This document shows, piece after piece, positions 29,401 through 38,284 of a DNA stretch of 64,000 bases (within the stretch, counting starts at the first letter, position 1; each line of letters starts with the position of its first letter). A program made the position numbers and the translations under genes. The stretch is from an uncultured Elusimicrobia bacterium (GTDB lineage: Bacteria; Elusimicrobiota; Elusimicrobia; UBA1565; UBA9628), in the NCBI GenBank assembly GCA_965283875.1, contig CBDIQC010000001.1:1086378-1150377 (forward strand). The letters run 5' to 3'. The notes below the pieces were generated by a model. The model was not told the origin of the DNA, ran no database searches, and saw only the letters and a program-made list of their open reading frames with translations.

Positions 29401-31189
29401 GCGGACCGGCTCCTTGGCCGCGGCCGACGCCGCGGCCCTGACCATCGCCGCCAACGCGGTGGAGAACGGCTGGATCGCCGACGACAAGAAGAAGCTCTCG
29501 GCCAAAGCCGACAAGATCGCCGCCGAGACCGCGACGACGGCCGTGTCCGAACGCGTCGCCGAGCTGTCGCTCGAGCTCACCGCGCTCGCCGTGAAAGCCG
29601 CGGACATCGCCAAAGGCGCCGAGGCGCTCACCGCCCTGCGCAAGAGCGTGGACGCCACCGAGACCGCGACGGCCGCCGCCCGCGCGACCATCGGCGCCGC
29701 CCTCGGCCTGCCCGTCGAGAAGATGCTCGTCGAGAAGGGCTCCAACCCCACCGAGTTCGTCGCCACCGCCCGCGAGTTCGCGGAGAAGACGGACGCCCTG
29801 CTCGGCAAAGGCAAACTCGCCGAAGCCAAGGAAGCGTTCGCCTCGGCCGAGATCGCCGCGCGCGCCGCGGCGGCCGTCGTGGCCGCCGGCCTCGAATCCC
29901 TGCGCAGCCACTCCGCCGTCGAGACCGCCCGCCGCGCCGAGACCGAACGCCTCGAAGGCCTCGTGCCCGACCGCCAGCGCGTGCTCGCGTCCATCGAGCG
30001 CGACTTCGCGGCCTCCGTGCTCGCGCTCAACGCGGGCGACGCCGCCCACCCCAACTCCAACGGCACCGTGAAGGACAACGTGGATGAGGCCGAGGCCGCG
30101 CTGTCGGCCGCGACGACGAAGCGCGAGCAGGCCCTGCGCGCGTTCACCGAGGGCAAGGTCATCTCCGCCGCCGACCTCCTCTCCCAGGTCGCCGCGCACC
30201 AGGCCATCGCCCAGCACCGCCTCGACGAGATCGCCGAGAAGCGGACGCGCCTGGACGCCGCCGTCGCCGCCAACAAGTCCCTGCGCGAGAAGCTCGAGGC
30301 GAAGGTCCTCGAATACAAGCGCACCGTCGTCGGTGACCGCCGCACGATGAAGCCGACGCTCAAGACCTACGACGCCGCCGCGCGCGGCCTGGCCGAAGCC
30401 TCCGCGCAGATCGACGCCGCCCAGGGCGACCCGTTCAAGGCCGCCGCCGCGCTCGCGGCCGCGACCGCCGCCCTCGAGCAGGTCTGGGTGTCGGCCCGCA
30501 ACGACTTCGACGCCTACGCCGAGGTCGAACGCAGCCTGCAGGCCGCCTACAACCAGCTCGGCGCGGCCGGCGCGCTCGCCAAGCAGGCGCAAGGCGACAA
30601 CACCGCCGACAGCCCGGCCATCACCGCGGCCTACCGCGAGCTGTCCGCCCTCGAGACCGCCTACCGCTCCGCGGTGGACGCGGCCAAGGGCGAACACGGC
30701 GACTGGAACGCGCTCGACCGCGAATCCGACCGCATCACCAACGAAGCGGCCCACGTGGCCGCCTCGCTCAAGGGCGAGCTCGCCGCCGCCGCGTCGGCCA
30801 CCAGCGCGGTGTCCTCCGCCGCGTCGAAGGTGCGCGAGGCCACGAACTGGTCCGGCTCCTACGGCGTCTATATCCCGGGCTCCCCGGGCGCCTCCCAGCT
30901 CGACAACGCGCGCGCCGCGCTGAGCCGGGGCGACTACCAGGGCGCCATCAGCTCCGCCGAAAGCGCGCGCCGCGCCGCCGCGTCGGCCATCGCCACGGCC
31001 GAGGCCGAGGTGGAGCGCCACCGCGAGGAGGAGCGCCGCCGGCGCCAGCGCGAGGAAGAAGAGCGCCGCCGCCGACAACAGGAAGAAGAGGACCGCCGCC
31101 GCTCGTCGAGCAGCTCCAGCTCGGGCTCCGGCTCCGGCGGCTCGTCGTGGGGCGGCTCGAGCTCCGGCTCCGGCCGGTCGGGCTGGTAA
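26483..31189 (+). CDS. giant (1568 aa) Ala-rich secreted/membrane protein with putative TPM-like domain, central TM helix, coiled-coil C-terminal half and Gly/Ser-rich ...SGW tail
   Basis: signal peptide MIKRSLSLLIALLLTNLPAAAA; region ~aa 270-370 (LDRAALRRLAAFLADKHWTVVLVQ...DGSIITIVLQQRVLLL) resembles TPM/YgcG fold; TM LIMFWVFNVLGGLLTLGALAFL; tail EEERRRRQ...SSSSGSGSGGSSWGGSSSGSGRSGW. Confidence 0.6.
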   Translation: MIKRSLSLLIALLLTNLPAAAAVTVGSTVKTSRVGAAATAGAANAGAGLGLVAPAVGLTPSLPLAPAPALLAISRVEAGSPDAVRLLAADAAPAAAFVAAVAARPALLADAAVRAGAVSALGEAAVVRLEAAAASLSARATTDPALDAALTTLRRETPVVSPAKAQDALARVARELGEMTAAADAPAPSAAPVAALKPAARRPGALRRFAIAALAAMTLSQAVPAVSLAQEHVQAPVTAVSVQLGDLLAQAGQRQADYVEFRTADDLVARWDADTHLYVNGDVGLDRAALRRLAAFLADKHWTVVLVQDGSGFRWTDAQGRTHHGDVALEYATGQGIFAKGGFTGQVNAATGQRDGSIITIVLQQRVLLLRNSEAQKTRGLDGETQFRGNLDQWAVSNMRNGGDLYGAVTETVENVDRLLAQAIASEQATAATALAEAKSLLSQYETARSGFVGRHPAATVGRADVSAARRAVAEAEALIAQRQTGRAATVANGVVRDLRSAVEQMNGFDRAATSAAERLATARAELDALDRAAAAYRSSHRDASGDLARPGVTAWRETLAAAARQQAADPRAAEATAASVLNEVRAVSAALAAHPSGERLISEARELQGSLAGRLRAGEAQPQLTAAAQALREAASAHENGASAWSAQLETAKTSLAEAERVIDAADAAARTKLIMFWVFNVLGGLLTLGALAFLNRRAARAGRKAEEALTEWDGILEKKLEAIYGGSKPGEALNSLEAKIEAYVGPTTGEKSRGWVGDTATLTAAIRKDSGYAKLLLAKARSVHDEATALVRPKAWTTLGWWRNLVWPSGYALAERKLSTEPVEFKPEDGLLDAAGKKSDWRDDLYGETESYKPFKLPFKDLMAQFNASAKSAVDAVTRLEYAVTQSGSVFDALDGKIAAAAKTRAGLVVADGLFAAAALYEKALPAASEQVKTSRVTAQKDPITGIYGGGAEATRIVEDAEALVAMLTKARTGSLAAADAAALTIAANAVENGWIADDKKKLSAKADKIAAETATTAVSERVAELSLELTALAVKAADIAKGAEALTALRKSVDATETATAAARATIGAALGLPVEKMLVEKGSNPTEFVATAREFAEKTDALLGKGKLAEAKEAFASAEIAARAAAAVVAAGLESLRSHSAVETARRAETERLEGLVPDRQRVLASIERDFAASVLALNAGDAAHPNSNGTVKDNVDEAEAALSAATTKREQALRAFTEGKVISAADLLSQVAAHQAIAQHRLDEIAEKRTRLDAAVAANKSLREKLEAKVLEYKRTVVGDRRTMKPTLKTYDAAARGLAEASAQIDAAQGDPFKAAAALAAATAALEQVWVSARNDFDAYAEVERSLQAAYNQLGAAGALAKQAQGDNTADSPAITAAYRELSALETAYRSAVDAAKGEHGDWNALDRESDRITNEAAHVAASLKGELAAAASATSAVSSAASKVREATNWSGSYGVYIPGSPGASQLDNARAALSRGDYQGAISSAESARRAAASAIATAEAEVERHREEERRRRQREEEERRRRQQEEEDRRRSSSSSSSGSGSGGSSWGGSSSGSGRSGW

Positions 31190-31193
31190 AACC

Positions 31194-32963
31194 TTGCTGA
31201 TCCGGCTCGTCGCGCTCGCCGTCGTCGCCCTGGGGCTCAGCCCCGCGGCGGCGAGCGTGCGCGCGGTCCGGCCCGTCGCCGCGGCTTCTTCCGTTCGTCC
31301 CGTCGTTTTACCCGTCGTGCCGTTCGCCCTCGACCTCGCGCCGTCCGCCGGCATCCGGGCCGCTCTCACGCCGACGCTCCGCGCGCCCAACGACGCGCCC
31401 AAGTCGGCGTCCCAACTGCGCGCCGAGGCCGCCGATGCCGTGGCTCAATGGCGCGCAAGCCGTGCTCCGGCGACCGCCGTCGCTGCCGCCGCGCCCGTCG
31501 CCGCCGTTAACGTCGCCCCGCTCACGCCGGCCGAAGCCATCGCCACCGCGCAGACGAGCGGCCAGGCGCTGTCGCGCCTGGTCGAACTAGGAGTCATCAA
31601 ACCCCAGGACATCCCCGAAGGCGAGACCGACCGCGTCGCCCTCCTTAAAAGGGTCTGGGACGGCGTTTCCGCGAAGCTGACCTCCGACGTCCTGCCGGTC
31701 GATGCCTCCTGGGCCGTGCCCGCCATCACCGTCAAACGCGACGGCAAAACCTACCTCGTGCACGGCGTCGCCCACGGCGAGCTGTACCCGCCGAACCGCC
31801 GCCAGGTGGCGCGCCTCGTGGCCCAGATCGAGAAAAACGGCCACGCCTTGCTCTCCGAGCAGAACCTGCCCGCGCATTACGGCTTCGCCTACGGCCAGGA
31901 GACTATGGACCAGGCGGTCGATCGCCACGGCGTGCCGGCGCGCGTCACCGACGCGGCCGGCGGTCCGGCCTCCGGCGGCATCGCCGCGGTGCACGCCGTG
32001 CTGCGCTGGGCCGCGCTCGGCGGGACGGGTTACGCCTGGCTGCGCGCGGCGCTTTCCCCGACCGACCCGCTGGTCTGGGCGCTGGCCGTCGGCGTCTCGC
32101 TCGGCCTGTGGCTGCTCGCCCGCGGCCTGCAGCCCCTCAACCGCCTCGCGTTGCTTTCGGCCGCGCGCGACGCCGAGCGCCTCGGCTCCAAAGACCTCGC
32201 CGCCCACCTGCGTCGCGAAGCGCGCGCCTTCTTCGGCCCGCGCGGCGTGAAGGCCGAGGACATCCTGCGCCTGCACCTGCCGCCGGGACCGGGCGCGGCG
32301 TCCGATTCGTTGTCCCCCCGCTCATCGGCCATCGCGGGCGCCGCGCTCGCCGCCTCCGCCTCGGTCGTGCACGTGCTGGTCGGCTACCGCCACGCCGCCG
32401 AGATCGCTTGGCGCCTGGCCGGCGCGGACGCCGCCGTCGGGACCGCGGCGCGGGCGACCGGAGCCTCCGAGCGCAACGGCGGTTCGGTGACGAAGCCCTT
32501 GTTCTTCGGCGTGCTCGGCGCCGTCGCTTTGGCCTTCGGGCTCGCTCAGATGAACACGGGCTACATGCTCGCCGGCGGCTTCTGGCTGGGGTCGGCCCTG
32601 TGGGACTACCTTAATAAGGACAAACCCGCCGAAGCCATGACGGCGCGCGCGCTGCTCGGCTACCCGCCCCATGTCTATCTGCTGATGGCCGCCGCCTTCG
32701 TCACCGCCGTGGTCGCCCCCGTCGCCGCGCCGCTCGCGATGCTCGGGCTCGCCGCCTGGTCCGCGCTGACGAGCAAGACGGCCCGGGAATACTTCGACGC
32801 CTCCCAGGCGTTATTCACCCTTTCCATCGGCCTCGGCTTCGGGGCCCTGCTGGCGTACGGCTTGCACGGCTTCGACATCGGCTTCATCGCCGCCGGCGTC
32901 TCCGCCGTGCTGGCCAACATCATCGGCAAACTCATGAAATTCGCCGCGATCCGGAAGTCCTAG
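31194..32963 (+). CDS. TraB/GumN-like protein with C-terminal polytopic membrane domain (TTG start)
   Basis: signal/TM N-terminus, KTYLVHGVAHGE resembles TraB/GumN (Y)LxGTxH motif, about 6 C-terminal TM helices. Confidence 0.4.
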   Translation: MLIRLVALAVVALGLSPAAASVRAVRPVAAASSVRPVVLPVVPFALDLAPSAGIRAALTPTLRAPNDAPKSASQLRAEAADAVAQWRASRAPATAVAAAAPVAAVNVAPLTPAEAIATAQTSGQALSRLVELGVIKPQDIPEGETDRVALLKRVWDGVSAKLTSDVLPVDASWAVPAITVKRDGKTYLVHGVAHGELYPPNRRQVARLVAQIEKNGHALLSEQNLPAHYGFAYGQETMDQAVDRHGVPARVTDAAGGPASGGIAAVHAVLRWAALGGTGYAWLRAALSPTDPLVWALAVGVSLGLWLLARGLQPLNRLALLSAARDAERLGSKDLAAHLRREARAFFGPRGVKAEDILRLHLPPGPGAASDSLSPRSSAIAGAALAASASVVHVLVGYRHAAEIAWRLAGADAAVGTAARATGASERNGGSVTKPLFFGVLGAVALAFGLAQMNTGYMLAGGFWLGSALWDYLNKDKPAEAMTARALLGYPPHVYLLMAAAFVTAVVAPVAAPLAMLGLAAWSALTSKTAREYFDASQALFTLSIGLGFGALLAYGLHGFDIGFIAAGVSAVLANIIGKLMKFAAIRKS

Positions 32964-33093
32964 GCCCGCCGTCCCGAGGACCCGGATTGGCTAGGCCCAA
33001 AGAATTCGCGAAATGACCCCTGTGGTCTCATTCGCCCGAACGACGGTCCGCGATAGAATCAGGATTCGACGTACCCAAATCAGTGGAGGCCTA

Positions 33094-36000
33094 ATGCTTA
33101 AGAAGTCCCTTGCGACGACCATCTCCGCCGCGCTTATCCTCACCGGCCCCGGCCGCGCCGCCGTCTCCGCCGCCGTCAATGTGGCCCGCCCCGTCGCGGC
33201 GCCCCGCCTGACCACCCCTCTCGTAACCGCTTACGGCGCGCCGCGCATGGCGCCCCTGTCCACGAACCTGCTGACCGCGTCCGGCGCCCGCCTCGCGCCC
33301 GCGTTCCCGGCCCCCAACGCCGCGCCCGCCGCCTCCGTCATCAACGGCAACGTCGCGACGCCCGCCGGCGCCCCCGTCGCCGCGCCCGCCCCGGCCGACG
33401 CCCCGACCGCTCTCGGCTCCGTGTCCGTCGCCGCCGAAGCCGTCTCCGCTCCGAACGCTTCCCCCGCCGCCCAGACCGGCGCGCTCGACGGCCTCTACGA
33501 AGGCGCCGTGCGCTCCGATGACGCCGGCGACGTGCTCGGCGGCGTTTCCGCCGGCTCCGCGCGCCTGGCGCCCGTCAGCGCGGCCCCGGCCTCGGCCCGC
33601 GCGTCGGTTCCCTCCGCCAAAAACGGCGGACTGCTGCTCGAAGTCGGCATCGGCGCCGCGGTCATCACCGTGATCGCCCTCGTCTCCAAACCTTTCCGCG
33701 ACATCCTCGCCCGCCTGTGGAACGTGACGCTCGGCCGCCTCTCCATCTTCGCCAAGAAGGCCGAGACCCCCGAGGTGCTCGCCCAGCGCATCGTGGACCA
33801 GCTCAACGCCGCCAAACCCGTCTATAACCGCAAGGTCCAGGAAGCCTCCACCCTCGTCGAGAAGCTGAAGCTCCAGATTGATTCTGAAAAGGCGAAAGTT
33901 GCTGATTTGGAAACCAGCATCACCGCCCTGCTCTCCGACTCCGACCCGGCCAACGACACCATGGCGGCCGGCCTCATCAACCAGCAGAAGACGCTCGCCG
34001 GCTCCATCGCGACCTCCGAGGAGCAGCTCAAGCTCTCCGAAGTCACGCTCCAGGACATCAAGGACGAGCGCACCCGTTTCTTCGCCGAGCGCGAGGAGAC
34101 CATCGCCAAGATCAACGCCAAGCTGACCCAGGCCAAGGCCGCCGAAATCCGCAAACAAATGGCCGAGCTCAAGGGCGGCTTCCAGATCGGCGATCTTAAG
34201 GACAACCTCGACCGCCTCGACCAGGCCGTCAACGATAAGATCGCCGACGCCAACGGCACGGCCGACTCCGTCGCCTCCAACCCCGACGAGATCCTCAAGA
34301 AGGCCAAGGACTCGGTCCGCAACAACGAGGCCCTCGCCGAAATCGAGCGCCGCAAGAAGGAGATCGCCGAGAAGGCCGCTCAGAAGAACGGCGGCGCCAT
34401 CGGCCAGATGACCTGGGTCGGGATCGGAGCCGCGACGTTAATCGCCGTCGGAATGATCTACGGCTCGGTGTTCACGATCGGCGCCGCCGTCGCGGCGTTC
34501 GCGGTCACGACGCTTTACGCCGTCGCCACCAAGCGGGCCTCCAGCGCGGCCGCTCCGGCTCGCGACCTGACCATGACCGAAGTCCAGGTCCTCAACGTGG
34601 TCGGCATCGCCGTCTCCATTGGCGCCGGTTTCTACTTCGACGCCATCCTGCTGGGCTTGCTCGGCACCTTCGTCGCCCCCATCCCCGTCATCGTGGGCTA
34701 CGTGCTCCTGGAGAACCTGTCCGGCAACAAGGTGAACATGCCGGGCTTCCGCTTCGCCCCCAGCTTCAAGTGGAACGGCAAACCCCAGGACCCGTCCGAT
34801 AAAAACGGTGGCGACGTCTTGACCATCGCCGGCGCCGCCCTGGCCGTCGTCGCGGTCGCCGCCGTCGCCTCCAAATCGTTCCGCGACATCCTCGCCCGCC
34901 TGTGGAACGTGACGCTCGGCCGCCTGTCCATCTTCGCCAAGAAGGCCGAGACGCCAGAGGTGCTCGCCCAGCGCATCATCGACCAGCTCAACGCCGCCAA
35001 GCCCCTCTACAACCGCAAGGTCGCCGACGCCTCCACCTTGGTCGAGAGCCTCAAGCTCCAGATCCAGTCGCAGAAGGAGAAGTCCGCCGAGCTCGACGCC
35101 AACGTGACCGCGCTGCTCTCCGACGCGGACGCGAGCAACGACCTGATGGCCGCGACCCTCCTCAACCAGAAGAAGACCATCGACGCGTCCACCGCCGCCT
35201 CAGAGGAGCAGCTCAAGATCTCCGAGGTCACCCTCCAGAACATCAAAGACGAGCGCACCTCCTTCTTCGCCGAGCGCGAGGAGACCATCGCCAAGATCAA
35301 CGCCAAGCTGACCCAGGCGAAGGCCGCCGAGATCCGCAAGCAGATGGCCGAGCTCAAGGGCGGCTTCCAGATCGGCGACCTCAAGGACAACCTCGACCGC
35401 CTCGACCAGGCCGTCAACGACAAGATCGCCGACGCCAACGGCGCCGCCGACTCCGTCGCCTCCAACCCCGACGAGATCCTCAAGAAGGCCAAGGACTCGG
35501 TGCGCAACTCCGACGCGCTCGCCGAGATCGAACGCCGCAAGAAGGCCATCGCCGAAGCCGCCGCCAAGAAGAACGGCGGCGACGTCTTGACCATCGCCGG
35601 CGTCGCCCTGGCCGTCGTCGCGGTCGCCGCCGTCGCCTCCAAATCGTTCCGCGACATCCTCGCCCGCCTGTGGAACGTGACGCTCGGCCGCCTCTCCATC
35701 TTCGCCAAGAAGGCCGAGACCCCCGAGGTGCTCGCCCAGCGCATCGTGGACCAGCTCAACGCGGCCAAACCCGTCTATAACCGCAAAGTTCAGGAAGCTT
35801 CTACGCTCGTTGAAAAGCTCCGGCTCCAAATCGCTAGCGAAAGGGCCAAAGTCGCCGACCTCGAAACCAGCATCACCGCCTTGCTCTCCGACTCCGACCC
35901 GGCCAACGACACCATGGCGGCCGGCCTCATCAACCAGCAGAAGACGCTCGCCGGCTCCATCGCCGCGTCCGAGGAGCAGCTCGCGCTTTCCGAGGTCACC

Positions 36001-38163
36001 CTCCAGAACATCAAGGACGAGCGCACCTCCTTCTTCGCCGAGCGCGAAGAGACCATCGCCAAGATTAACGCCAAGCTGACCCAGGCGAAGGCCGCCGAGA
36101 TCCGCAAGCAGATGGCCGAGCTCAAGGGCGGCTTCCAGATCGGCGATCTTAAGGACAACCTCGACCGCCTCGACCAGGCCGTCAACGACAAAATCGCCGA
36201 CGCCAACGGCGCCGCCGACTCCGTCGCCTCCAACCCCGACGAGATCCTCAAGAAGGCCAAGGATTCGGTCCGCAACAACGAGGCCCTCGCCGAAATCGAG
36301 CGCCGCAAGAAGGAGATCGCCGAGAAGGCCGCGCAGAAGAACGGCGGCGCCATCTCCCAGGCGACCGCGCTCAGCCTCTTCGGTAAAGCCATCGCGGTCG
36401 GCTTCGCGCTCGCGATGCCCATCGTCGCGTCCCTCGTCATCGCCGGTGCCGGCCTGCTCTCCTTGGTCCTGCCTTCCGAGAACGGCCGCAAGGTCGGCCG
36501 CCAGCTCGCCGTCATCGGCCTGCTGACCCTCGTGGTCGGCGCGGTGCCGCTGCTGCTGGGCGTCAACATGGGCTTCCTGGGCATCGCCACCTTCGGCGGC
36601 TCCTTCGGCTTCCTCATCCCCGGCGGCCTCGCGTTGATGGGCGGCATCCTCGCCAACCTCAAGGCCAACAAGTCGGACGCCTCCGTCGCGGCGTCGGTGC
36701 CCCAGGCCACCGCGCCCGTCGTGGTCGCGGCCCCGACGGCTCCTTCGACTCCCGTCGAGACCGCCGCGCCGTCGAAGGGCGCTTCGTTCTCCATCAAGCC
36801 GCTCCTCGACATCATGTCGCGGGTGTGGAACGCCTTGCTCGGCGCCCTCGGCCTGGGCGTGCGCAAGCTCGAAACTCCGGAAATCCTCGCCCAGCGCGTC
36901 ATCGACCAGCTCAACGCCGCCAAGCTCGCCTACAACAACAAGGTCAAGGACGCGTCCACCTTGGTCGAGAGCCTCAAGCTCCAGATCGGCAAGCAGAAGT
37001 CGGACTCGGCCAAGCTCGACGAGGCCGTGACCATCCTGCTGTCGGACTCCGACACGGCCAACGACCTCCAGGCCGCCGGCATCCTCAACCAGAAGAAGAC
37101 GCTCGACGCCTCCACGGCCGCGACCGAGGAGCAGCTCGCCATCGCCCAGCAGGGCCTGCAGGGCATCAAGGAAGACCGGGCCCGCTTCTTCGCCGAGCGC
37201 GAGGAGACGATGGCCAAGATCACCGCCAAGCTGACCCAGGCCAAGGCCGCCGAGATCCGCGCCCAGATGGCCGCGCTTAAGGGCGGCTTCTCCATCGGCG
37301 ACTTGAAAGACAACCTCGACCGCCTCGACTCCGCCGTCAACGACCGCGTCGCCGGCGCCAACGGCGCGGCCGACTCCGTCGCCTCCAACCCCGACGAGAT
37401 TCTCAAGAAGGCCAAAGACGCCGCCCGTTCCTCCGAGGTCAACGACGAGCTCGAGCGCCGCAAGCGCGAGATCGCCGAAGCCGCCGCCAAGAAAAACGGC
37501 GGGCAGATTCCCGGCCTCGTCTGGGCCGGCGCGCTCGCAGGCCTGGCGCTCCAGGTCGCGGCCGTGATGACCATCGGCTGGACCGCGGCGCTGCCGCTGC
37601 TCGGCGTGATGGGTTGGTCGGGCCTGGCGGCCGGCGTCGTCAGCTATTTCGTTCCCGACACCCGCACCGGCGCCATCGCCGGCGCCATCGCGGGCGCCAT
37701 CCTCGTCGCGCTTTCGGCCGTCGCCTCGCCCGAGATGCTCCTGCTCGGCGCGGCCTCCGGCTCCTTCGTGGGCTGGTTCGGCGCGCACGGCAACAATCAG
37801 CCCGGCATCGGCGGCTTCATCGGCGCCACGTTCGGCGGCATGATGGTCGGCATGACGCTCCCGGCCTGGCTGGGCGCGCTCGGCGCCAAGAAGCTGCTCG
37901 ACAACGCCGGAAACCGCAACGGCGGCTCGGTGACGTTGCTGCCCGTGCTGGCCGGCGCCACCGGCCTGGCGGCGTTAGCCGCCCTCATCGGCGGCGGCAT
38001 CGCGGGGTTCGTCATCGGCGCGGCGCTCGGCTACGTCTATCTCGAGCACCTCTCGGCCCATAAGAACAGCCGCGACATCAACGACCTCGTCTTCGGCGTC
38101 ATCGGCTACGGCGCCATCGGCGCCATCATCACCGCCATCGGCTCCGTCCTCTACTTCATCTAA
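33094..38163 (+). CDS. giant (~1690 aa) membrane protein with four tandem PspA/IM30 (Vipp1/LiaH, ESCRT-III-like) domains
   Basis: RBS ggagg 33085-89; signal peptide; four ~245-aa units each preceded by a TM helix and each containing (I)LARLWNV..G.LSIFAKKAETPEVLAQRI(V/I)DQLNAAK... matching the PspA N-terminal consensus (f.r.wd....LdkaEdPekmldQ.irdm) followed by long coiled coil; multi-TM Gly-rich C-terminus. Confidence 0.7.
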   Translation: MLKKSLATTISAALILTGPGRAAVSAAVNVARPVAAPRLTTPLVTAYGAPRMAPLSTNLLTASGARLAPAFPAPNAAPAASVINGNVATPAGAPVAAPAPADAPTALGSVSVAAEAVSAPNASPAAQTGALDGLYEGAVRSDDAGDVLGGVSAGSARLAPVSAAPASARASVPSAKNGGLLLEVGIGAAVITVIALVSKPFRDILARLWNVTLGRLSIFAKKAETPEVLAQRIVDQLNAAKPVYNRKVQEASTLVEKLKLQIDSEKAKVADLETSITALLSDSDPANDTMAAGLINQQKTLAGSIATSEEQLKLSEVTLQDIKDERTRFFAEREETIAKINAKLTQAKAAEIRKQMAELKGGFQIGDLKDNLDRLDQAVNDKIADANGTADSVASNPDEILKKAKDSVRNNEALAEIERRKKEIAEKAAQKNGGAIGQMTWVGIGAATLIAVGMIYGSVFTIGAAVAAFAVTTLYAVATKRASSAAAPARDLTMTEVQVLNVVGIAVSIGAGFYFDAILLGLLGTFVAPIPVIVGYVLLENLSGNKVNMPGFRFAPSFKWNGKPQDPSDKNGGDVLTIAGAALAVVAVAAVASKSFRDILARLWNVTLGRLSIFAKKAETPEVLAQRIIDQLNAAKPLYNRKVADASTLVESLKLQIQSQKEKSAELDANVTALLSDADASNDLMAATLLNQKKTIDASTAASEEQLKISEVTLQNIKDERTSFFAEREETIAKINAKLTQAKAAEIRKQMAELKGGFQIGDLKDNLDRLDQAVNDKIADANGAADSVASNPDEILKKAKDSVRNSDALAEIERRKKAIAEAAAKKNGGDVLTIAGVALAVVAVAAVASKSFRDILARLWNVTLGRLSIFAKKAETPEVLAQRIVDQLNAAKPVYNRKVQEASTLVEKLRLQIASERAKVADLETSITALLSDSDPANDTMAAGLINQQKTLAGSIAASEEQLALSEVTLQNIKDERTSFFAEREETIAKINAKLTQAKAAEIRKQMAELKGGFQIGDLKDNLDRLDQAVNDKIADANGAADSVASNPDEILKKAKDSVRNNEALAEIERRKKEIAEKAAQKNGGAISQATALSLFGKAIAVGFALAMPIVASLVIAGAGLLSLVLPSENGRKVGRQLAVIGLLTLVVGAVPLLLGVNMGFLGIATFGGSFGFLIPGGLALMGGILANLKANKSDASVAASVPQATAPVVVAAPTAPSTPVETAAPSKGASFSIKPLLDIMSRVWNALLGALGLGVRKLETPEILAQRVIDQLNAAKLAYNNKVKDASTLVESLKLQIGKQKSDSAKLDEAVTILLSDSDTANDLQAAGILNQKKTLDASTAATEEQLAIAQQGLQGIKEDRARFFAEREETMAKITAKLTQAKAAEIRAQMAALKGGFSIGDLKDNLDRLDSAVNDRVAGANGAADSVASNPDEILKKAKDAARSSEVNDELERRKREIAEAAAKKNGGQIPGLVWAGALAGLALQVAAVMTIGWTAALPLLGVMGWSGLAAGVVSYFVPDTRTGAIAGAIAGAILVALSAVASPEMLLLGAASGSFVGWFGAHGNNQPGIGGFIGATFGGMMVGMTLPAWLGALGAKKLLDNAGNRNGGSVTLLPVLAGATGLAALAALIGGGIAGFVIGAALGYVYLEHLSAHKNSRDINDLVFGVIGYGAIGAIITAIGSVLYFI
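33688..37500 (+). repeat. four ~750-bp intragenic tandem repeats encoding the PspA-like units (units 1 and 3 >90% nt identity)
   Basis: direct comparison of 33691-34260 with 35644-36210; also produces repeated antisense ORFs in the track. Confidence 0.8.
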
Positions 38164-38181
38164 CAACGTCGCTTCGAACCG

Positions 38182-38218
38182 AAGGCCCCGCGCTCCCACG
38201 CGGGGCCTTCTTCTTTTC
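38182..38218 (+). terminator. rho-independent terminator after the tetra-PspA gene
   Basis: aaggccccgcg-ctccca-cgcggggcctt followed by cttcttttc. Confidence 0.75.
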
Positions 38219-38284
38219 ACGGGTATGAGCCGTGTCGCCGGTTCTATTCGTTAGTCTCCGCGTATGCCGGTTCAAACCGCCCGA

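Noticed and set aside
26444-31402. 1652-aa ORF on the minus strand
   Set aside because: It is antisense to the 26483..31189 gene. It has Gly/Arg-rich low-complexity translation, no signal peptide or motif, and a GC3 pattern typical of antisense open frames in high-GC DNA. The plus-strand product has signal peptide, TM and tail features.
35200-37788. 862-aa minus-strand ORF and other repeated minus ORFs in 33-38 kb
   Set aside because: Antisense to the PspA-repeat gene. Their repetitiveness just mirrors the sense-strand repeats.
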